Shown piece by piece: positions 51,125-64,000 of a stretch of 64,000 nt of DNA (position 1 is the first letter of the stretch; every line of letters begins with the position of its first letter). The position numbers and the translations under genes were made by a program. Source of the stretch: Octopus sinensis (Eukaryota); assembly GCF_006345805.1 (NCBI RefSeq), contig NC_043008.1:71052001-71116000 (forward strand), written 5' to 3'. The notes below the pieces were generated by a model. It ran no database searches, was not told the origin of the DNA, and was given only the letters and a program-made list of their open reading frames with translations.

Positions 51125-53295
51125 TGATTCTTAAATAAAAGAAATATGATTTTGCGTCACTTGAACTTGAAATGATATTTAAAACGGTACTTTAAATTTC
51201 CTTTCTGTCGGTTGCTTCATTGTGGTGCAAGACTGGGCACAAATCACTGAATAAAGTAAAGTGCCGTATAAATTAACTTTCAAAAGTAAATCGCCGGAAA
51301 AATGTTGGGAACACGTTTCGCATTCATATTTTCTTGCGTGTTCATTTGGCAAATCGAAGAATTGTTATTTGTATTTACTGAGGCCAACTTATTGTTAAAA
51401 AAACAGTGCAAGTTTGGAAAAAATTGAAACCGAACAATGCAAGTAAATTACGTGTTCATTTTACTTTGCTTTCACTATTTCAACTGACCGAACTGAAGGA
51501 AAGAGGTCTTGTCATTGACGAGTCATAAATGGCGAAGAAAGAACTCTAACAAACTAGCTATTTGATTGATTGATTGATTGATTGAACTATTAAGAATTTA
51601 TCGATTAATTTATTGGTTAACTTGATGACAAATATCAATCAAAAGAAATAAGATAAAACCAGTGTTGCTTGTGTTTCTTATTCGCCAAATTACCCTCCTC
51701 AAAACACTACAACAATTGGCTTCTTTCTGTACTAAACTGTAGCTCAGTTTGCTCGGGTAAGTGAACTGAGACTATTTCAGAGCAAAGCTTTCGCAAACAT
51801 ATACAACGAAAAATAATCGAACATCTTTATTAGCTCTCTGGCAAACTATTCGCATGAACATCAACGTCAAAATCATGAAAATATTTTTCCGATTTCGCTA
51901 TTTTGCTGTCACTGTTGCAAGTTCAACGGAACCAAGGGTTTTAATCCTGAAACAGCACACAGGGCATTCTATCTTGGTAGGATGGTGAACTAGGGTTAGA
52001 TACAGCACGGTTCTGTGAGCAATTGGAGATAATTACATAATTGATGAGTATTTCATTAGCTAGTCAGTGTTCATTTCATATTCCTCTCTCATGGGTGTCA
52101 CCTGAAACAACGTGGGCTCTGCTTGGTTAATTTCCCGTTGATACACAACTTTAAGGCAGATGACTCCAGTAAACGCATGGTGTTATGACAAACGAGATAT
52201 ATGCATATGCACAATTAAATGCATACCCACGCACTATATATATATATATATATATATGGTCATAAACATGCACATTATACGTATACACACGCGTACGTGC
52301 TCTCTCGCACACACATGTGACGCCCTTTATCTCGTCTCTATGTAATTTAATATAACATATTATTTCAAGGAGAGTTTGAACAAACACCGATTTGCTAAGC
52401 GCATACATTAACGTGCTTAACACATTTAATAATATTCCTATAAACATTCACTGATAGTTCTATAGCATTCTGTTAATATGAAATAGCGATGTAACTACAA
52501 CATGGTTTTGGTCTATTCAGAGTGTCCGACAGGAACAGGGATTTTGTTACTAAAGCAATTTTCCGGATAATGTATAAATTCCGTCTATTACGAATTTAAT
52601 CTCCACTGAGCCTCATTCTGATACTATTGAACTTGTCACATCAATCTTGCCTTGCTCCCCGGTGACCATATACACATTGTTTCATATAGAAAACTAAATA
52701 CATGTCTTGTTGCTATAATCCACCCAGACACCTGGGTGTGAGAGAGAAGGGGAAAGAGAATGCGAGAGAAAGAAAGAGAGTGACAGAGAGTGTGTGCGTG
52801 TGTGCATATCTGTGAGTATGTGTTAGCGTTTACGTGTGTGTTTAAGCTAGCAGAGTGGGAAGAGCGGAACGAGGGATATAATGTCACATGGGGAGTTTGT
52901 ATAATTGTGTGTACGGGAGTGTACGTGTGCGTGTATGTGAGCGTGTGTGTGTGTGTCTGTGTGTGAGTGTATTTATACATATTTATATGATGTGCAGTTG
53001 AGAGGAGAGAGATAGTGGGACGAGCAAAATGAATATATCTTTATTTATGAGCGAGTGTCCGTGTCAGTGTTAGAATATATGTCTAGATGTATGAGGCGCC
53101 GTGAAAAAGTGAAGTGAGCAGCAAACGGTATACGTTTGCGTATATGATCAAGCGTCTCTGAGTTAGTGAGTATGTGTGAATGTGTATGTATAAGGTTCAG
53201 TGAAGGACGAGATAGAGATAGAGGCAAAAATGAATCTGTATATGTGTTTATGCGGAACTGCGCTTCAGTATTTACAAGCGCTAGAGTGAGAGACA

Positions 53296-53340
<45 letters not shown>

Positions 53341-53989
53341 CATATCGAGATAAATAGATAGATAGATAGATAGATAGAGAGATAAGAAGAGGCTTGTAAA
53401 TATCTGTCCGTATATGCGTAAGTGTGCATGTGTTTATGTGTTACTCTGAATGTATGTGCGAATGAAATGCATAGAGGAGTCGTCCGCGCAAAAATGACGT
53501 TGATGCATGCGTTATAGGGTATGCGCTTTCTACGTCAATATGCGTACATGACTGTGTGTGTGCACGTGTGTGTATGTATGTATGTATGCTTGTGTGTCTA
53601 TGAGAATGAGTGTCAGAGTAAGGCGAGAAAAAAAATCAGGTTGAATATGTATATGTACCTGAGTGTGCATGTATGTGCTTGTGTGTTTGTATTAGTGTAA
53701 ATATGTGTGAAAATGCACGTGAGATACAGTGTACCTGTGTGAGAATGCATGCATTGTCGTTTACTGTGTATGTGAATGCGTGTCTGCGTGATTGTGCATA
53801 TATATGTGACCGTACATGCGAGAGTATATAATTGTGTATACCTGTGTATGTGCATGCTTGTAAGTAAGGATTTAGTGATATGTGTATTCATAAAAATACG
53901 TTCCGTGTGTATGTATGTATTGCTGAATTTAATCAATTGCTTGTAGTATTATATTAATAAATGTGTAAAGATAAACAACCGTTTCTCAT

Positions 53990-54490
53990 TCTGATAGCTA
54001 TTTCCGACACATTGGTAGTTCTGCTGCTCGAAGTGAAGACCAGGACAAGCAATGCAACGTCACTATTCCAACACCTCCGTCCAATATTAAGATCGAAAAA
54101 CTATCACCATGAAGAAACAGCTGCTCATCTATTGTTATATCAACAGAGCATCCATGCCAGTGAAATCTAGATGATTTGGAAGATCTTTCAGTTGCTGGAC
54201 ATCTTCCATCTACACAACTTACGTTCAATCCAAGTCATTTTTTACCGGGACAGAGTGAGAAACGAAGAGTTATGAGAAGAGTTTGCTGGGGAGTTTGCAG
54301 GACGTGGTGACTCAGCAGTAGTAATGGATTATTGATCATATGCTTCGATTACCGCAGGAGAGCTATGATAATACTTGTAATGGAGTGGACGCTGGGCGGA
54401 TGAAAAAGACCGAGTAGAGAACAACGGAAAAAGAAGGAGCGCAACACATTCCGAGACGACATGACAGTGATAGGAATCGCCCCAGTGGGC
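53990..54490 (+). mobile_element. Decayed RTE-clade LINE 3' region
   Basis: Frameshifted motifs YFRHIGS, TRTSNATSLFQHL, HASEI, LDIFHLHNLRSI, RDRVRNEEL and HMLRLP. Confidence 0.65.
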
Positions 54491-55005
54491 TGATCACAAT
54501 ATAATTAATAGCGACGGAAGCTGTATTAATACTGAAGAAATATATAATTAATGCATAAATCACTTGTGTTTATATCAATGGCGGGCGATAACGTCCTACT
54601 GTGGCCGCCGAAACTGCAAGATCCCGTGATTTCAACCAATTTTGGCCTTGTCAGATGACAGACGTTCGCGGCAAGACATAGCAGTGTATTCCTCCATTAA
54701 TGATATCGTAGTGGTTTTATGCACTTCAAGCCCATATCAGAGGTTCTGTAATGATAAATAATGCCGTATTCTGTGTCCTAACAACATTCACTTTCAGGGA
54801 AAAATGAACAGCTTTTGGTATGAACACTGGCTCTATCACCATTTATTTCTAGTAAGATCACTCGCTATTTGCGACACTACTACCTGAGCAGATACTAAGA
54901 TTCTATACATATCACTGATGGGACAATCGGCTGCTATGTCTAGCTGCGGTCTTTGTCATCGTCAAGGCTAAGGAAGGCTGAAATCACGTGAACCGGCACT
55001 TCCAG

Positions 55006-55212
55006 TGTTGTCATCACTTTTCTGGTCATCCTGTCCATTTCCTGAAGCTCCTTCTTTGTCCACCTAACAACACCTGCGCCATGTCGCAATAAGGACACAG
55101 CCCGTGTGTTCATTGCTCTGATCTTGTTTTTTTTTCATTGAATCTACTTGCCATAATTAATTTGGTTCTTCTGAGATATTCTCGCCTAAAGCTTCCCTGG
55201 ATTTCACTTAAG
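55006..55212 (-). mobile_element. R4/Dong-like LINE thumb-region fragment, inverted
   Basis: Minus strand reads REYLRRTKLIMASR...NKIRAMNTRAVSLLRHGAGVVRWTKKELQEMDRMTRKVM. Confidence 0.85.
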
Positions 55213-55575
55213 TGAAAAATAGAGACTACTAAAGGAAAAAATTGCAAGAATTTAGACTATGAGGAGTGTGTCAGCCATTCCAGTAGTTCTAGGTGCACTC
55301 GGAACACTAACAACCAAGTTCGAGAAATATGTCTGAGAAATCGGAATTGACATGAGAGTAGAGCAAGCCCCCAAATCTGCTCTGCTGCGGACAGCTAGGA
55401 TTTTGAGATTGGCACTTGGTGCATGGATGTCAAATGTCTTTCTCGATAATTAACAGCCGGGCAGCAAAGTTTATAATGTGTAGAAAGAGACCCTGTGAGG
55501 CCTCTGGCAGCAGGCTGCTGACGGCTCTCGCAAAATCTACCAGATCAATCAAGACCGAGCGTTCTGAGAAGTAAA
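55212..55575 (+). mobile_element. R4/Dong-like LINE 3' end
   Basis: IPVVLGALGTL...KSALLRTARILR, then a 3' UTR and an (AAT)n tail. Confidence 0.85.
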
Positions 55576-55589
55576 ACAATAATAATAAT

Positions 55590-55796
55590 CCTTTCTAGTA
55601 TAGGCACAAGGCCTGGATTTTGAGGGGAACGGGACAATCGAAAACATTGACTCCCGTACTCAATTGATACTTAATTTATCGACACCGAAAAAATGAAAGG
55701 CAAAGTCGACCTGGGCGGAATTCAGAGCAGCGACAGAGGAAATACCGCTAAGTATTTCGCTTGGCGTGCTAATGATTCTGCCAGCTCGCCGCCTTA
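55590..55796 (-). mobile_element. SINE family A (3' module II)
   Basis: Complete reverse-complement copy ending GCCAGCTCGCCGCCTTA. Confidence 0.9.
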
Positions 55797-55828
55797 AAAC
55801 AAGAACAACAACAACGACGACGACGACG

Positions 55829-55861
<33 letters not shown>

Positions 55862-55958
55862 ATGACAACGACAACAACAACAACAAAAACGACAACAACA
55901 ACAACAATGACAATAACAATAATAATAATAAAATAATAATAATAAAATAATAATAATA

Positions 55959-56016
<58 letters not shown>
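55797..56016. repeat. (AAC)n/(GAC)n/(AAT)n microsatellite
   Basis: Direct repeats. Confidence 0.95.
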
Positions 56017-57245
56017 TACACCGATATGCTGTACTTGTCCAGAAGAGAGGTTGGGAGAGGTATGATCAGTTGCCAAGAGATTATCGAGGCAGACGAAAAC
56101 AGCCTAGAGCGGTATATAAAAAAGGCGTGGAGCCACTGTTGAAATACACAAAGAAGGCCGACGTCATCAAAACTGAAAATTGCGTAACTAAAGAAATATT
56201 CAAACAAGAAATGAAAAAAAAAGAAAAGAATAAGCATGGAAGGAAAAGAAAATATACGGTTAATATGCAAGAAATGTGAACGCCAAGGCAGATGCAGAGA
56301 ACCGATGGTTATGGATGAGGAGGATTGACATAAAGTTAGAGACAGAAGCACTCATATGCGAAGCTCAGGAACAAGTGTTAAGGAACAATTATGTGAAGTG
56401 CAGAATAGACAACACTAACGATAGCAACAAATGCAGAATGTGTAGTGAGAGGGGTAAAACGGTATGGCACATCGTTAGCGAATGCCCGAACTTGGTACAA
56501 CGCGAATGCAAAAGACGCCATGATAATGTGGCAAGAACGATCCATTGGGAGCTCTGTGGAAATCACAGCCTACAAAGAGCAAAGACGTGGTTTAAAAAAA
56601 CTCTAGAAAGAGTTACCAAAAATGAGAATTGCAAAATCCTGTGAAATGCAATGATCCAGTGGGTTCGCCCGACCAGACATCGGAAACCTGGCATTGTTTT
56701 GATGATTAAAAAGGAGAGAACATGTATCGACCCCGATAGGGAGTGGCTGTGTGGTAAGTAGCTTGCTTACCAACCACATGGTTCCGGGTTCACTCCCACT
56801 GCGTGGCACCTTGGGCAAATGTCTTCTACTATAGCCTCGGGCCGACCAAAGCCCTGTGAGTGGATTTGGTTGAAGAAAACTGAAAGAAGCCAGTCGTATA
56901 TATGTATATGTATATATATGTATGTGTGTGTTTGTGTGTCTGTTTCCCCCCCCCCCACCAACATCGCTTGACAACCGATGCTGGTGTGTTTATGTCCCTG
57001 CAACTTAGCGGTTCGGCAAAAGAGACCGATAGAATAAGTACCAGGCTTACAAAGAATAAGTCCTAAGGTCGATTTGCTCGACTAAAGGCGGTGCTCCAGC
57101 ATGGCCGCAGTCAAATGACTGAAACAAGTAAAAGAGTAAAAAGAGAGCAAAGAGTATGGCAATCGATATAAGAGGATCAATGTGAAAGAAGAAACAACTA
57201 TGACGATTTAAGGTGGAAAATACGAAGGTTGTGGTCAATGAGAGG
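56017..57245 (+). mobile_element. R4/Dong-like LINE fragment interrupted by a SINE
   Basis: LYLSRREVGRG, ETEALICEAQEQ, KCRMC...HIVSEC, KRRHDNVA, KIL and RHRKPGIV. It resumes at about 57153 with NYDDLRWKIRRLWSM after the SINE. Confidence 0.88.
56739..57145 (+). mobile_element. SINE family B, near-intact copy
   Basis: TGGCTGTGTGGTAAG (A box), GGGTTCACTCCC (B box), GCACCTTGGGCAAATGTCTT (CORE-like) and tail GACTGAAACAAGTAAAAGAGTAAAAGAG. Confidence 0.92.
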
Positions 57246-57346
57246 CTACAGCAGAAGACACTTGCCCAAGATGCCAGGCAATGGGACTGAACTCGGAACC
57301 ATGTGGTTGGGAAGCAAGCTTCTTCCCACACAGCTAAACCTGCGCC
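57241..57346 (-). mobile_element. SINE family B head fragment
   Basis: Reverse complement GGCGCAGGTTTAGCTGTGTGG...GCATCTTGGGCAAGTGTCTT. Confidence 0.82.
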
Positions 57347-57364
57347 TATATGATATATATATAT

Positions 57365-57427
<63 letters not shown>

Positions 57428-58344
57428 ATACATATATATATACGCACACTCACACATATATATACGCTATAATAGTACTCTTGTGCATTTCTCCTTGTCA
57501 ACATATGAATGAGAAAAGAAGGAGTGACAAGTGACAAGGGAATAAGGAAGGAAGGGGTAATGGCAAACTTGGTAGTGGGATGATGGAAGTTCTATTGCGA
57601 AAATAAAGATCAAACAGCATTTTAACTCTGCGTCAGTGTATGTGTGTGTATGTAAAGGAGTCATGTGAATGTTTATGTTTGTGTCTGTTTGTGTGCGTGC
57701 GTGTGCGAGCAATGGAAGTTGGGTGGTGAATATTCAACACTGAAACGAAAAATCAAACAGCGTTTCAGCTCTGTGTCAGTATATATGTGTATGTGTGCGC
57801 AGGGACAAGGAAGTATATGAATGTTTGTAATTGTGATTATTATGTATCTTATTTATTTATAAAACACTACAATTAGCCATCATTTCTGACTGCATAGCTT
57901 CAGCTAGTACATATATATTTATACACACTTCTAATCTCTCGTGTAAAGTTTGTTTTTGTGTCAAGTTTTATATAGCAATTTTACATCAATCTGACTGATT
58001 ACTAAGTAATGTTTCGTAGAGTACCTACGTCCTAGCATTTTTCTAAGATAAGATTGGCAAAGATTTCGTAGTTGCGACTCGTTCACTTTCATCTGACCGA
58101 GTTTCAGTTAGTAACTTTCGGGCTGTCATAGTGTTTGGTAAGTCATTTTGTGGATAGATGGAACTACGTACAAGACAATCAGTACGGTTAAATGTGAAAG
58201 GAGAAATGATTGTGTAGGAAGTGTCAAGGTTAATACAAGGTTATGATGGGAAGATTTTCTTAGGTTTGATTGATCAATTCTTTTTTTGTCTGATTAAGGC
58301 GAGGCAGCTGACATTTTTAAATCAGTCACTGTCAGCCGTTTTAG

Positions 58345-58640
<296 letters not shown>

Positions 58641-59091
58641 TATATGTGCATGTGTGTGTATATGTAAGTGTATGTGTATGTTTGTGTTTGTGCGTGCATG
58701 CGTGTGTGAGCAAGTGTGCGTTCGTCCGTGTGTGTGTGTGTACATGCGTGTGTGTATTTGATATGATAACTGAATGAAGTAAATTAGTTTGGAAAAGAGT
58801 TTCATTGATTGAGATACCTCATTTTTCTCTGCTCCAACATGTATGAATTCATACCTTTACAGGACGATACAACGTAAATATATGAAACTGATGTAGCTTC
58901 ATCAAGTCGAAGCATTCAGAATTAGTTACAGAATACAGAAAGTAATGTCGGAAATGCTCAAGGGACGAACTTTAACTTATATTGAAGTTCATCAAAATCT
59001 TATCTGTAGTTGCTCGAGTTTCTAGACAACAGTCTTTTTATTCATTTTACCGTTATAAACAAAATAAGAGGGATCTCAAATGACCTTGTCC

Positions 59092-59094
<3 letters not shown>

Positions 59095-59134
<40 letters not shown>

Positions 59135-59238
59135 CGGTGAGAACGTCAATGACATCACGAAGAAGAAGGAAAAGAAGAAGGAAAAGGAAAAGAAAAAAGA
59201 AGAAGAAGAAGAAGAAGAAGAAGAAGAAGAAGAAGAAG

Positions 59239-59270
<32 letters not shown>

Positions 59271-59280
59271 CGACAATGAT
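59095..59280. repeat. (AAC)n/(GAA)n/(AAC)n compound microsatellite
   Basis: Direct trinucleotide runs. Confidence 0.95.
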
Positions 59281-59547
59281 AACGATTATAATAAACAACC
59301 CAAAGCGATAACAACTCGTGTTTAGTCAATATGAAAGACATTGACAGTTTGGGAAAGTGACGTCTGTTAATGGATGTGTTTTTATCGAGAGAAAATATAG
59401 CATTGTTTATGATGGCCGTCTACAGAGTAAACATACTTGAAAATATAAGAAATATTGTGTGTGATATACGTCTTCAAAAAGGATATTTATCCATACAACA
59501 TACATATATGTGTGTTTGTATGTGCATATATATATGTATGTATAAAC

Positions 59548-59633
<86 letters not shown>

Positions 59634-59668
59634 TTATCTCTCTCTCTATATATATATACATACATGTA

Positions 59669-59779
<111 letters not shown>

Positions 59780-60437
59780 GGAGGCATATAAATCCATAGA
59801 CATTCAAATAAATGCACACATATATCTGTGCACAATCACATAAATATATATACACTCATATATATATACAGACACGCACACACACACACGTATAGGAATA
59901 TAGAATATATGTACATATATATGTGAATATGTGTGTATGCACACATACAAATATGAGTTTATCATTAATGCCGGATAGAGAATGGAGAGTGTGAAATGAT
60001 GTAAACTAATTATAGATAGAAGATTAAATCAGGACAGAAGGGACGGAAATATAGGAATTCAGCCAAAATATCACTAAATGTTTTATGCCCTTTTCTGAGG
60101 GTTTAATCTTCAAAATTTATTGTAAAAATTGTTTTTGTAATCAACTAACAGAAATATTGTGGTATTTACTAATAGTAATACAAGTTTGACGATAAGTTAA
60201 ATCGATAGAGTGTCGGAAAACGTACGTTGCTGTACTTATTTCTGATCATTATGTTGCGAGCATAAAGTGGGTCGCGGTGAAGCTTTTCATTTATCCCCCA
60301 CCCCAGAGACGGTAAAATTTTATAGCAGTGAAATATTAGGGTCAATGGCTATTGAGTAATCACAAACATTTATATATATAGCATAGAATGGCATAGAATA
60401 CGTTATATAATATATGTATATGTATATATATATATAC

Positions 60438-60482
<45 letters not shown>

Positions 60483-60483
<1 letters not shown>

Positions 60484-60881
60484 TAGCAGTATCGCCCGGC
60501 GTTGCTCGAGTTTGTAAGGGAAATAACTATATAAGCATTTTTAGAGATGTAAAGTATAATAGCCATCTCAATATGGCTAACCACAAAGGGGGGTGGGTGT
60601 TACTGTAGCTTTTTACGTTCTGAGATTTAATAATAAATTTTTAGAGTGTTACTTCCCTTATATATGCCAAAAGTGCATTAAAAATGGGAAAAATTGATGG
60701 TAAATTATTTTTAAAATCGTAGACTCATCGTAGACGCGCGCTAATACCCAGAAGGGCTTGATATGAATCACGACTATAAGATACTCGCTTTTGGTTAAAC
60801 TGCACCGCAAAATGTGGAAGTAGTTAGGAATCTAAATCGTAGGAGACAGACAGCACACAACCTCTCTTTTATATATAAAGA
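60483..60881 (-). mobile_element. Non-autonomous Helitron (399 bp)
   Basis: The minus strand starts with TC and ends with CTAG. A subterminal hairpin CTCGAGCAACGCCGGG lies just upstream of the 3' end. The element is inserted between A and T at the edge of a (TA)n tract, with no TSD. Confidence 0.85.
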
Positions 60882-61989
60882 TAATTACGATTCACTTGAA
60901 TTAGGCACTTAAATTGAGGCGCCACGTTAGGTCGGAATAATAATCAGACGCAACAATATTATGAACATATCAAACTTACTACATAAGTACCGGCCGAATG
61001 ACATTCATGTAGATAATTAGTCCCACCTGTAGATAATTAGTCCCACCTGAGTAAAAACATTCACTATTGAGCTATTCAGACATGTCCACCATATTAAATA
61101 TACAGTACATAATATATAAGAAGAGCATATTCCGATACAGGTGAATAAAATATAAATAGAGGTACAAGTGCTAATTCATTACGGCCGTTTCTAACGACTC
61201 TTTTAATAGACTAATGAAGACATTACATCGTTATACAGAAACAGTTTTCGTCTGATGAATTCATGAACTTCAAGATAAAGGACATTGAAAATCCACGGAA
61301 CAAAACACTTATACTGATTCTGCTACTAAATCAGAATCACTGTAAATGTTTTACTCCACATTGACACGTACACTTTTACTGTTACTCATATATATATGTA
61401 TATATATATATATATATATGAACTGGCAACCCCACCAGGCCTGCTTGTTGGATGCCCTGCGGGACAAAAAAGTAAGACAACGTCAAATTGCGGAGGTACT
61501 ACAGCGTAGTCAACGGCCATTCAAAAACGTGTGTTTGTGGACGTGTATGTGGAGTGTTTGTGTGCATGTTTGTGTGCGTGTGTATGTATTGTATGTATTA
61601 TATTTCAACATTTGCCTGTGCACATTGTATATTGTTTTAAATTGTATGTATTGTATGTCAATTTTATTCTTAATTCTAGCAAATTTTATCTCAATGTTTA
61701 ATTCTTTATTTTTCTTATTTTAGTTTCTTTTTTAAATAAATAGATGAGGGGTGGATAGAGCTCCTCCGTTTACCCAAGCCCTGGCGAAGCTTGTCTATCT
61801 AGGAGAAAGTAACTCTGAATTTAAATACTTTACTGCAGTTTTGTAGTTAGGCTTTGGTTGGGCAAAGCCTGGGAGAAGGACACTCTGATAGAAAACCTGC
61901 GACTGCAAATGTACCTACTGATGTCGAATTGCTCTTCGTTTTGGATCCTACTTTTTAGTTTAGAGAGTGGAAATGAGTTCTGTGCAAAA

Positions 61990-62024
<35 letters not shown>

Positions 62025-62307
62025 TTATAAATGAGGGTGAAAAATTGATATTAATTTAATAATACCATTAATTTAACACCGAGTGGCTTTGCACAAAAAA
62101 CTACGGAGAAAATACAAATTTATACATAAATTATTAGAGAGTTAACCACTATGTGGATAAGTCTAGTGCTAAAAACAGCCCCGATAGTATAGCCACAGAA
62201 AACGATGTTTCCAATTAGAAATAACATACATTTAACGGAAGGAAAGTGAAATATAACGAATAAATAGATTGACCCTGAACAAATTGTTTCATTACTAATG
62301 TAATATG

Positions 62308-62365
<58 letters not shown>

Positions 62366-62872
62366 TAACTGTAAATTAAATGTCAAATGATGTGTTGCGT
62401 TACTTCTGGCCCACACTGTACAAAGAATCAGTTTGTGTACTTTTTTAGCGACTTTGTCATATCGCTGTCTGATATTTATATTAAAATCCAAGCAGTTAGT
62501 CTATGATTGTGATTTGATAGGATAGAGAAATCGGCAGGTATTCAGTTCGTCTCTCACTTCTTTCGATATTTCGAAGGTACGTAGATTTGTTGACATGGAA
62601 AAGAAATTTGGGAGCGTGGAGAGGAATTTGTACAGTTAATGCTCGGCTGAATAATTTTAACGATCAAATCATGTGATATTCTCATAAAAAAAATTATACT
62701 TCTTACCCATACATAGAGAGAAGAAATTCATGTAAAGAGAGTTTTAAATAAGGTGAAAATAATTTCTTCTCCTCTGACACTCTCCCTTCTCTCAGTATTC
62801 ATATGAAATTATGCGCGCCTTTGAGTATATTCCTTAGAAAAACTATGCGTAAAACTTATACATACATACATA

Positions 62873-62931
<59 letters not shown>

Positions 62932-63012
62932 TGTGTAAATAACACACTGAGCCATAATGATCAGAGTAAAATTGTGTCTTCCAAGAACTAAAATCATCTT
63001 TACCTCTCCCAG

Positions 63013-63048
<36 letters not shown>

Positions 63049-63312
63049 TCGTTGGAAAAGCGGAAAATGTGAAGATAAATCTAACAAGCATTAATTAGAT
63101 CATAAGTAAACTGTGTGATAGGTGGTTTCTGATTCGTTGTTTCTATTATTGAATGAGCGCGTAAACATAGCAAGCATTGACGTCATTTGCTTCTGAGTAA
63201 AACCCACATCATGGACGAAAGCCGCGGAAGGAATTAGCTACCAGACCTTCAGAGATAAAATATTGTTCTTTTAAAAAATGAAGACCCGCATCTCACGAAT
63301 TTTCCATTTTTC

Positions 63313-63380
63313 TAGGGACCACCCTGTATACATACATACATACATAAATACATACATACATATATACATACATACATATA

Positions 63381-63414
<34 letters not shown>

Positions 63415-63480
63415 CATACATACATACATATATATATATACATATATATATGTGTGTGTGTGTATACAGGGTGGTCGCTA
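63313..63480. repeat. Outward-facing Tc1-like TIR pair around a (TACA)n/(TG)n tract
   Basis: TAGGGACCACCCTG|TA at 63313-63328 and TA|CAGGGTGGTCGCTA at 63465-63480. Confidence 0.7.
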
Positions 63481-63701
63481 TTTGTTATATTTGGGGAAAG
63501 TCATAATTAATAAAGCCTATAAACTCACTCACCGGTTATTTGACTCAATCTTTTTCCAAAGCATTTAATCGTTGTTTCGAAAAATATGTTTGGGTACATA
63601 AATAAACATGAAATTTTTTGGAAAAGAAAGAAATGTGCTATAGGGGCAGACAACAACCGCTGAAAGTTTTCACAGGCTTATTATGTTGCTCTCCACATGT
63701 T

Positions 63702-64000
63702 GTGAGCTAGCAGAAATGTTAGCACATCGGGCGAAATGCTTAGTGGTATTTCGTCTTCCGCTACGTTCTGAGTTCAAATTCCACCGAGGTCGACTTTGCC
63801 TTTCAACCTTTCGGGGCCGAAAAAATTAAGTACCAGTTACGCACTGAGTTCGATATAATCGACTTAATCCGTTTGTCTGTCCTTGTTTGTCCCTTCTGTG
63901 TTTAGCTTCTTGTGGGTAGTAAAGAAATAGGTATTTTGTCTGCCGTTACGTTCTGAGTTCAAATTCCGCCGAGGTCGACTTTGCCTTTCAACCTTTCGGG
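63702..64000 (+). mobile_element. SINE family A, dimeric copy cut by the window end
   Basis: Head, body and 3' module I; the body restarts at 63931. Confidence 0.9.

Noticed and set aside
54560-55000. Possible decayed RT on the minus strand
   Set aside because: Only vague motif echoes (FLSLD); the frames could not be aligned.
61205-61260. CTAATGA...GAAACAGTTTTCGTC as a hammerhead
   Set aside because: The core is mutated and stems II and III do not pair convincingly.
61420-61520. RQRQIAEVLQRS as a Tc3-like HTH remnant
   Set aside because: It is too short, with no TIR or further motifs.

Overview
This is repeat-dense non-coding DNA from an animal genome, with a 100-N assembly gap at 28691-28790. 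The tRNA-derived SINE families, long (TA)n/(CA)n/(AAT)n/(GAA)n tracts and LINE complement look like Octopus (inference; no search was run). No host protein-coding gene can be supported, and most long ORFs in the track are microsatellite translation artefacts. Recognisable content: (1) six decayed fragments of R4/Dong-like restriction-like-endonuclease (RLE) LINEs; (2) CR1, RTE and Tx1/L1 LINE fragments; (3) a full-length dead mariner with a DD34D catalytic triad, resembling the mellifera subfamily; (4) an internally deleted maT-like Tc1/mariner element with a DD37D triad; (5) a non-autonomous Helitron; (6) a Penelope-like terminus; (7) about 25 SINE copies. The most unusual signals are four. 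Two R4/Dong-like copies have 5'-inversion (twin-priming-like) geometry with microhomology or a palindrome at the junctions. LINEs and family-A SINEs sit in AAT microsatellites with opposite strand polarity. Two long foldback palindromes and several hammerhead-ribozyme-like folds resemble Penelope termini. SINE family A is modular and sometimes dimeric.
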